A stretch of DNA of 64,000 nt from Clostridia bacterium. GTDB taxonomy: Bacteria; Bacillota; Clostridia; Christensenellales; Aristaeellaceae. The stretch is from contig JAZQCB010000035.1 in NCBI GenBank assembly GCA_045546035.1, positions 6,445-70,444 of the forward strand, in the 5' to 3' direction. A program made the translations under genes and the position numbers. Under the pieces are notes generated by a model. That model did not search any database, was not told the origin of the DNA, and saw only the letters and a list, made by a program, of their open reading frames with translations. How positions within the stretch are numbered: the first letter of the stretch is position 1; every line of letters starts with the position of its first letter. Below, piece by piece: positions 58,107-64,000 of this stretch.

Positions 58107-59650
58107 TGCGCCGGACAACAGCCTTCCTGATCGCCCTCGTCTGCGCCCTTGCGGCGGCGATGGTGTTGGCGCTGCCGTTGATGCGCTTTACGGCGGCGCT
58201 GGAGACCAAAAGATCCCCCAACACCTTTGTCGGGGACGAAAACTATCTGTCTGCCCGGCAGGAGATGGAGGAGAAGCGGGCCGCCTACGCCGCGGAAGGG
58301 ATTTCCACGGAGGTCACGGAGGAGGTCATCGAGCGGACGAACAGCAAGGGCGTCAAAACCTCGCTGGTGGTTTTCCGGCTCAACAGCGAAAATACCCGCA
58401 CCGGCTTCCAGATGATGGGCGCGGGGCTGGGGGTTTCCCGGGTGATGATCGCCCTGCTGGTCTGTCTGGGGCTGGCTGCGGCCTGCCTGGGGCTGGGGCT
58501 TCGGGAAAACGGGAAAAGACGCCCCCTGACATCCGTCGGAGTGGCCTTCTCCCTTGCGATTCCCGTGATGATCATCGCGGTTCCCATGATGTTCAACCTG
58601 GATTTTTCCCGGAAGGCCACGCTGCTGGCGGGGGGACATTTCCCCGGGGATCCGGCTCCCTATCTGGCGCAGATGGATCGATTTCTTTTTGACGGCGCCG
58701 CGGGAGACCGGACGGAGAGTATGCTGACCAGCATGAGCTGCGGAATGAGCGGTCTGTGGTGGCTGACGCTGCTGCCGGCGGCGGGGCTACTGCTCTGCGC
58801 GCTGTATCTGCGGAAGGATCAGGTGAAGGAGCCGCTGGGCCGGGTCGCCCTGTATACGGTGGTCATCCTGTTTTCCGTGTTCATCCTCTATCCCTTCGCG
58901 GTCATGCTCTTTACCGCCTTCCGCAGCAACGCGGAGGCCACGGACATGTATTTCCTGCATATCATGCCCAGCATCTGGCAGTGGAACAACCTGACGGAAA
59001 CCCTGGAGCGCGGGGTGCTACGGTATCTGGGAAACTCCCTGTTGATTTCCTTCGGTGCCACGGGCGTCGCCATGCTCTGCGGCATTCCCGCGGCCTACGC
59101 CATGGCCCGGATGCGCTTCCGGGGACGGAAGGTCTACCTGGGCTTCGTGATCATGAGCCAGATGTTCTCCCCGGTGGTGCTGCTGGTGGGCATTTCCCGG
59201 CTGATGACCACGATTCACCTGAACGATACCCTGGTGGGGCTGATGTTCATCAACGCGGCGTTCAATCAGGCCTTCGCCATCTGGCTTCTGCGCGGAACCT
59301 TTGTCTCCATCTCCTCCGAGATGGAGCAGGCGGCCTGCATCGACGGATGCAACACCCTGCAGGCCCTGATCCGCATCCTGCTGCCCATGGCGGCGCCGGG
59401 CATCGTGACCACCCTGATTTTCGTGTTCATCAACTCCTGGAACGAATACACGATCTCCACCATCCTGATTTCCACCCAGCAGAATCGGCCCATTACCGTT
59501 GGCATTACCCAGTTCTCCTCCTTCAACATGATCGAGTGGCAGTATCTGTTCATGGCGGCGCTGCTGGCGACGATCCCGGTGGTGATCCTTTTCATCCTGA
59601 TCGAGAAGCACCTGGCGGAGGGATTGACCGCCGGCGGCGTGAAAGGGTAA
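58103..59650 (+). CDS. carbohydrate ABC permease with a long N-terminal membrane extension
   Basis: C-terminal half has SISSEMEQAACIDG (EAA) and FINSWNEY; about 240 extra N-terminal residues with several TM segments. Confidence 0.85.
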   Translation: MMRRTTAFLIALVCALAAAMVLALPLMRFTAALETKRSPNTFVGDENYLSARQEMEEKRAAYAAEGISTEVTEEVIERTNSKGVKTSLVVFRLNSENTRTGFQMMGAGLGVSRVMIALLVCLGLAAACLGLGLRENGKRRPLTSVGVAFSLAIPVMIIAVPMMFNLDFSRKATLLAGGHFPGDPAPYLAQMDRFLFDGAAGDRTESMLTSMSCGMSGLWWLTLLPAAGLLLCALYLRKDQVKEPLGRVALYTVVILFSVFILYPFAVMLFTAFRSNAEATDMYFLHIMPSIWQWNNLTETLERGVLRYLGNSLLISFGATGVAMLCGIPAAYAMARMRFRGRKVYLGFVIMSQMFSPVVLLVGISRLMTTIHLNDTLVGLMFINAAFNQAFAIWLLRGTFVSISSEMEQAACIDGCNTLQALIRILLPMAAPGIVTTLIFVFINSWNEYTISTILISTQQNRPITVGITQFSSFNMIEWQYLFMAALLATIPVVILFILIEKHLAEGLTAGGVKG

Positions 59651-59689
59651 AAAAAGCCCCCGGCCGGAAAGCATGGCCGGGGGCTTTTT
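59651..59689. terminator. bidirectional terminator
   Basis: aaaaagcccccggcc-9nt-ggccgggggcttttt. Confidence 0.8.
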
Positions 59690-59865
59690 CAACAGCAGCA
59701 TAAACAAGGGAAGAAAACCGGGGACACTGCCCGCCTGCGGTGGAATGCCCGCGCGTGTCAGGGAAGGGACTTATGCCGCAGAGACCAGCATTGCCACAAG
59801 CAGGGTATGCCCGCCCGCGTCAGGGGCCGGATCACCCTCCGCTTTGACGTGGCTGCTCTGCCGCG

Positions 59866-60948
59866 TCAGAGGATGGACTGCATCTCTTCCCAATGCTCCT
59901 CCATACGGCGAAGAAGCGTCATCTGCGCGCGGGCCCGGTCGAGATTATGATCCTTCCTGTGCACGGCGTAATAGACGTCCCCATTCAGATAATCCGCCAG
60001 GAAGCGCATGGCGTTTTCCAGCGTCATCATCCGGGCGCCCCGGGGCAGGGACTGCATTTCCTCCCGGGTCATGGTGTCGCCCAGCTGAGAAAGGAAACCT
60101 TCCGCATAGGCCCGATACAGGGGAAGGGACAGCTGGATTTTCGACAGATCCCGCTCGTCCTCCGGAGCGGTACAGGCGCCGGTCCGGACGGCCTCGCCGA
60201 AATCGTAGGCGGCCAGGCCGGGCATCACCGTATCCAGATCCACGACGCAGAGGGCCTCCCCGGTTTCCTGATCCAGCAGGACGTTGTTCAGCTTTGTGTC
60301 GTTATGCGTGACCCGCAGGGGCAGCTTTCCCGCCGCCAGCTGATCCGTCAGAAGAGAGGTCTCCGCGGCCCGGGAAAGGCAGAAATCCAGCTCATCCCGG
60401 ACGGAGGACAGCCGCCCTGCAGAGTCCTTCCGCGCGGCCTCCTCCAGCTGGCGCAGACGGCCGGGCGTATCATGGAAGGCGGGAATGACCTCGTGGAGAG
60501 TGGCCGCCGGGAAGTCCGCCAGCATCCGCTGGAACCGGCCGAAGGCCCGTCCGCACTCGGCGAACATCTCCGGGCTTTCCGGAAGATCCCGGCTGAAGGA
60601 GGCGGAGATAAGCGGGAACATCCGCCACCATCCGCCCTCCGGATCCCGATAATAGGATCTTCCGTCCCTGGACGGGATCACGCGGAGGGTTTCCCGTTCC
60701 GGATCCCCGCCGGCCTCGATGATTTTCTGGCGAAGATGAGCGGTCACCGCCTGAATGTTTTCCTGCACCTGATCCGGATGGGGAAAAACGTGATCATTGA
60801 TCCTTTGCAGGAGCCAGCGCTCCTCCCGCCCGGGGATGGAGATGGCGTAGGTTTTGTTGATATGCCCGTTGCCGAAGGGCTCGGCGGAAAGCGGGCCGGA
60901 GGGCAAATCGAAGGCTTCCGCCGCACGGATGATCTGTGAATCGTTCAT
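59866..60948 (-). CDS. APH/choline-kinase-fold phosphotransferase, N-acetylhexosamine 1-kinase-like
   Basis: GNGHINKTY, LQRIN, RVTHNDTKLNN, VVDLDTVMPG, DFGE; RBS before ATG 60948. Confidence 0.8.
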   Translation of the reverse strand: MNDSQIIRAAEAFDLPSGPLSAEPFGNGHINKTYAISIPGREERWLLQRINDHVFPHPDQVQENIQAVTAHLRQKIIEAGGDPERETLRVIPSRDGRSYYRDPEGGWWRMFPLISASFSRDLPESPEMFAECGRAFGRFQRMLADFPAATLHEVIPAFHDTPGRLRQLEEAARKDSAGRLSSVRDELDFCLSRAAETSLLTDQLAAGKLPLRVTHNDTKLNNVLLDQETGEALCVVDLDTVMPGLAAYDFGEAVRTGACTAPEDERDLSKIQLSLPLYRAYAEGFLSQLGDTMTREEMQSLPRGARMMTLENAMRFLADYLNGDVYYAVHRKDHNLDRARAQMTLLRRMEEHWEEMQSIL

Positions 60949-61357
60949 GGTCTGATCGCCGCCTTTGAGCGGCATGCCTCCCTGGAAGGATGATGCTGGC
61001 GCCAAAACGCCTTCCCACACAGCTGGTTCTGAAAACGCCTATGTCCGGCGAACGCAAGCGCGCGAAACAGGGAAAGGAGTATTGACGCTTCGGATTTTAT
61101 TATAAAACTTTTTCCGGGGGAAACGCAACGCTCTCCGAGGCCTTTTTCACTGTATCCAGTGATGCTGGAAACAAAAGCCCATTTGGTGAGAAACCGTTAT
61201 GAAGATCGTTGGCGTATAGGGCTTACTGCGACGAGCGAAGCGAAAGAATACTCTTTGAAGCCTTAATCATCGCATTGGGTACCGGGAAAAGAAACGATCG
61301 TCCGGATGCGAAAGCGGAAAAACGAAGACATTCGGGAGATAATCATCCTCAAATCGG

Positions 61358-61386
61358 TTGAAGTATCCGGGAAGAGACGATATAAT
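61358..61386 (+). promoter_or_regulatory. sigma-70 promoter of xpt
   Basis: TTGAAG-17bp-TATAAT. Confidence 0.75.
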
Positions 61387-61441
61387 GCCCTTATCCTTTG
61401 AAAATGTTCGCAGCTTTGTAAACCGGGAAGGGGTGTCCGTC

Positions 61442-62020
61442 GTGAGAGAACTGTGGGAAGCCGTTCAGCGGGAAGGATGGGGAATCGGATCCGATGTTGT
61501 GAAGGTGGACATGTTCCTGAACCACCGGATCGACACGAAGCTGCTGTTTGCCATGGGGAAAGCCTGGGCGGAGGAGTTCCGGGAGGAAAAGCCGGATCTG
61601 ATCCTGACGGTCGAGGCCAGCGGCATCGCCCTGGCGGTGGCTGCGGCCCACGCCATGGGGGATCTGCCGGTGGTATTCGCCAAAAAGAGCGCGACTGTGA
61701 CCCAAAGCCCCGACATTGTTCAGGCGCCGGTGTATTCCTTTACCCATAAGACCCGGAACATGATCCGGATTGATAGGAAATACCTGCCGGAGGGGAGCCG
61801 GGTGCTGATCATCGACGACTTCCTGGCGGAGGGCGAGGCCACCCACGGGATGATGAAGCTCTGCGAGCATCAGAAAGCTCAGGTGGTAGGCGTCGGAATA
61901 GCCGTCGAAAAGGGCTTTCAGTCCGGAGGAAAGCGCCTGCGGGAGGCAGGGATCCATCTGAAATCCCTGATCATCGTAGACGCCATCGAGGACGGGAAAT
62001 TGGTCTTTCACGAGGGATAA
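61442..62020 (+). CDS. xpt: xanthine phosphoribosyltransferase
   Basis: VKVDMFLNHRID, ILTVEASGIA, VFAKK, VLIIDDFLAEG PRPP motif; GTG start downstream of the promoter. Confidence 0.9.
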   Translation: MRELWEAVQREGWGIGSDVVKVDMFLNHRIDTKLLFAMGKAWAEEFREEKPDLILTVEASGIALAVAAAHAMGDLPVVFAKKSATVTQSPDIVQAPVYSFTHKTRNMIRIDRKYLPEGSRVLIIDDFLAEGEATHGMMKLCEHQKAQVVGVGIAVEKGFQSGGKRLREAGIHLKSLIIVDAIEDGKLVFHEG

Positions 62021-62115
62021 ATCGTCAAGGGAACTCCGCGGAGGGAAAACGGAGAAGGATCGTTTCCGCCGCGCTGAGCCATAGAAAACAGGGAGAAAAA
62101 GAAGGCGGCTGCCTG

Positions 62116-62916
62116 GTGCTGAACATGATCGGCAACAGCAGCATGCCGGGGTTTCTGATCGCCCTGCTGGACATTCTGGGCTCCCTGGCCGTCGGCATGG
62201 GAATGGGGCTGATTTACGCCTTCCTTACGGTGACCCTGCGGGCGAATCAGAACGTGACGGGCCTCGCTCTGCCGACCTTCGGGGCCGGACTGATGAAGGC
62301 GCTCATGAACCGGGCGGATGCGGTGATCTATCTGGTCGGCCGAAGGCGCTGTACCGCTTTCCGCTTGCCGCGCGGCATGACAGCCTGCAACGGCTGGGCG
62401 TGCTGTTTTTCCTGGCGATGGCGGTGGCGATTCTGGCCAGCTGGGTGCTGTTCCGGACGAAGGTGGGGCTGAATCTGCGGGCCGTGGGGGAAAGCCCCGC
62501 CACCGCGGACGCCGTCGGCATCAACGTGACCCGGTACAAATATGCCGCCACCTGCATCGGCAGCGGCATCGCCGGGCTGGGCGGGTTCTATTACATCATC
62601 GACTATATGGCTTCCCAGGAGGCGTATCTGAGCATTGAGGCCTTCGGATGGCTGAGCATCGCCCTGGTGATCTTCGCCCTGTGGCGGCCTCATCTGACCA
62701 TCCTGGGCTCCACGGTTTTCGGCCTGCTCTTTTCCTGCAGCAGCTGTATCGCCAACATCCCCGGCGTTCAGCTGACCATGGCCGCAAAGCCCCTGCTGAA
62801 AATGCTGCCCTATGTGGTCACCATTATCGTCCTGATTAATCACCTCCATCCGCAACAAGCGGGAAAACCAGCCCCCGGCCTCCCTGGGACAGAATTATTT
62901 CCGGGAAGAACGGTAA
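62116..62916 (+). pseudogene. fragmented nucleoside/simple-sugar ABC permease (BMP-associated type)
   Basis: Frame 1 gives LIYAFLTVTLRANQNVTGLAL; frame 2 gives NLRAVGESPATADAVGINV...KMLPYVVTIIVLI; frame 3 gives ITSIRNKRENQPPASLGQNYFREER* ending 62916. At least two frameshifts and an apparently truncated N-terminus. Confidence 0.8.
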
Positions 62917-63039
62917 AGCGGGATTGGGCTGCGGAAGCGGTTTTTCAAGAAGGAGAAAGGATCGAGCCGAGAGAAGCGGCTTTGACCAAAAGGAAAGCAA
63001 TATCGGATCCCGTAAAAGGGTTTCGATCATCAAGATTGC

Positions 63040-63072
63040 AAGAGGCGCCCCAAAGCCGGGGCGCCTCTTTTT
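63040..63072. terminator. intrinsic terminator
   Basis: aagaggcgcccc-aaagcc-ggggcgcctctt followed by TTT. Confidence 0.75.
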
Positions 63073-63203
63073 GCGAAACTGTTACGCAAATTTAATATGC
63101 CCAAAAGCAGGATCGGGGGGGGTACAGCGAATCTATAAAAACGACTGTGATGCCGAATAAGCATCCTCCAGAAAGTTTATTCCGGAAAGGAAGGAAAAGG
63201 GAA

Positions 63204-64000
63204 ATGAAGAAAGGGATTGCATTGTTGCTGGCGTTGATGATGATCGGGATGGTGGGCCTGGCTTTGGCGGAGAGTGAGACGATTCATCATGACGATGGGT
63301 CAACCGAGAATATTAGGTATAACGATGACGGAAGCAAAGCCTGGTCCGAAAGAATTTATCCCGACGGATCATCTGAGTATCTTGACTACTATAATGGAAA
63401 AGTAAGCTGGTCGAGAAAATCCACCTCCGATGGATCATATGAATCCTTCAGTTATGATGAGAACGGGAAAGTGGTGTGGTCATCCAAAGGAACAGTTGAG
63501 CGTGATGAGAATGGCCGCATTTTGAGCAGTGTTGGATATGAGTATGATGAAAACGGAAAGCTGTCTTATATTGAGGTTGAAGACAGTAATGGATACGTAT
63601 CATTTGATGCTGACGGTACATTGATTAATGGATGGATGAATGATGGTACCGTTGAATACGATGCAGAGACAGGGAAATGGTTCGAGGTTCTTGGATGGGA
63701 TGATGAATATTATCATCCTATTTACGGCGATGAAGTCTCTGCTCCTGACCTGTCCGCTTATCTGAGAAAAGCTGGCTTCAATGTCAAGCCTGATGTCACC
63801 TGGTACACCCACAACACCGTTGGTGTTATTGGTGTGTCCCTGCGGGATGAGTATCCGACCCTGACCAAGAAGTGGTATAACGTACTGCCAGTTGATCTGA
63901 GCAAGGATGGCAGCCAGACTTTCCAGCTGGTGGCTTCCAACATGTACTATGTGGGTACCGTGACGGTGACCGTCAGCGGCGACAGCGTGACCACGACCTA
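63204..64000 (+). CDS. secreted protein with YDENGK-type repeats, 3' truncated by window edge
   Basis: Hand translation MKKGIALLLALMMIGMVGLALAESETIHHDDGS...YDENGK...RDENGR...YDENGK...WYTHNTVGVIG...; open to 64000; purine-rich RBS; visibly lower GC. Confidence 0.8.
   Translation, partial: MKKGIALLLALMMIGMVGLALAESETIHHDDGSTENIRYNDDGSKAWSERIYPDGSSEYLDYYNGKVSWSRKSTSDGSYESFSYDENGKVVWSSKGTVERDENGRILSSVGYEYDENGKLSYIEVEDSNGYVSFDADGTLINGWMNDGTVEYDAETGKWFEVLGWDDEYYHPIYGDEVSAPDLSAYLRKAGFNVKPDVTWYTHNTVGVIGVSLRDEYPTLTKKWYNVLPVDLSKDGSQTFQLVASNMYYVGTVTVTVSGDSVTTT

Noticed and set aside
61130-61441. Purine riboswitch upstream of xpt
   Set aside because: No ATGG..TTTCTAC..CCGTAAA core found; the promoter lies only about 55 nt from the start codon.

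Overview
GC-rich chromosomal window from a Firmicute (Clostridia-like; inferred from gene content, sigma-70 promoters and Shine-Dalgarno sites). It holds about 45 CDSs and two tRNAs (Gln-CTG, Glu-CTC). No rRNA, CRISPR array, integrase or transposase was recognised. Housekeeping genes include thrC (partial), addB, an Xaa-Pro peptidase, efp, a ymfI-like SDR, gyrB-gyrA, malQ, psuK-psuG, hpf, xpt, a sugar ABC transporter and a NahK-like kinase. The unusual elements are: (1) a single-chain acyl-AMP ligase + ACP + serine-palmitoyltransferase-like enzyme convergent with an Sfp-type PPTase, a candidate sphingoid/amino-ketone lipid pathway in a Gram-positive anaerobe; (2) a 1738-aa protein that appears to fuse a degenerate tubulin-like N-terminus to a degenerate actin/Hsp70-fold C-terminus; (3) a mutagenesis cassette (HTH-S24 repressor, two small proteins, Y-family polymerase, YolD) whose promoter carries two AAACCA-N7-TGGTTT palindromes and a (GCAGAA)10 microsatellite leader; (4) a cytoplasmic ParB-like + BMP fusion beside a metallophosphoesterase; (5) a Zn-ribbon/TPR, SPFH and membrane-protein trio; (6) a frameshifted permease pseudogene followed by a lower-GC secreted-protein gene at the right edge. 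All family calls come from motif recognition by eye, not from database searches.
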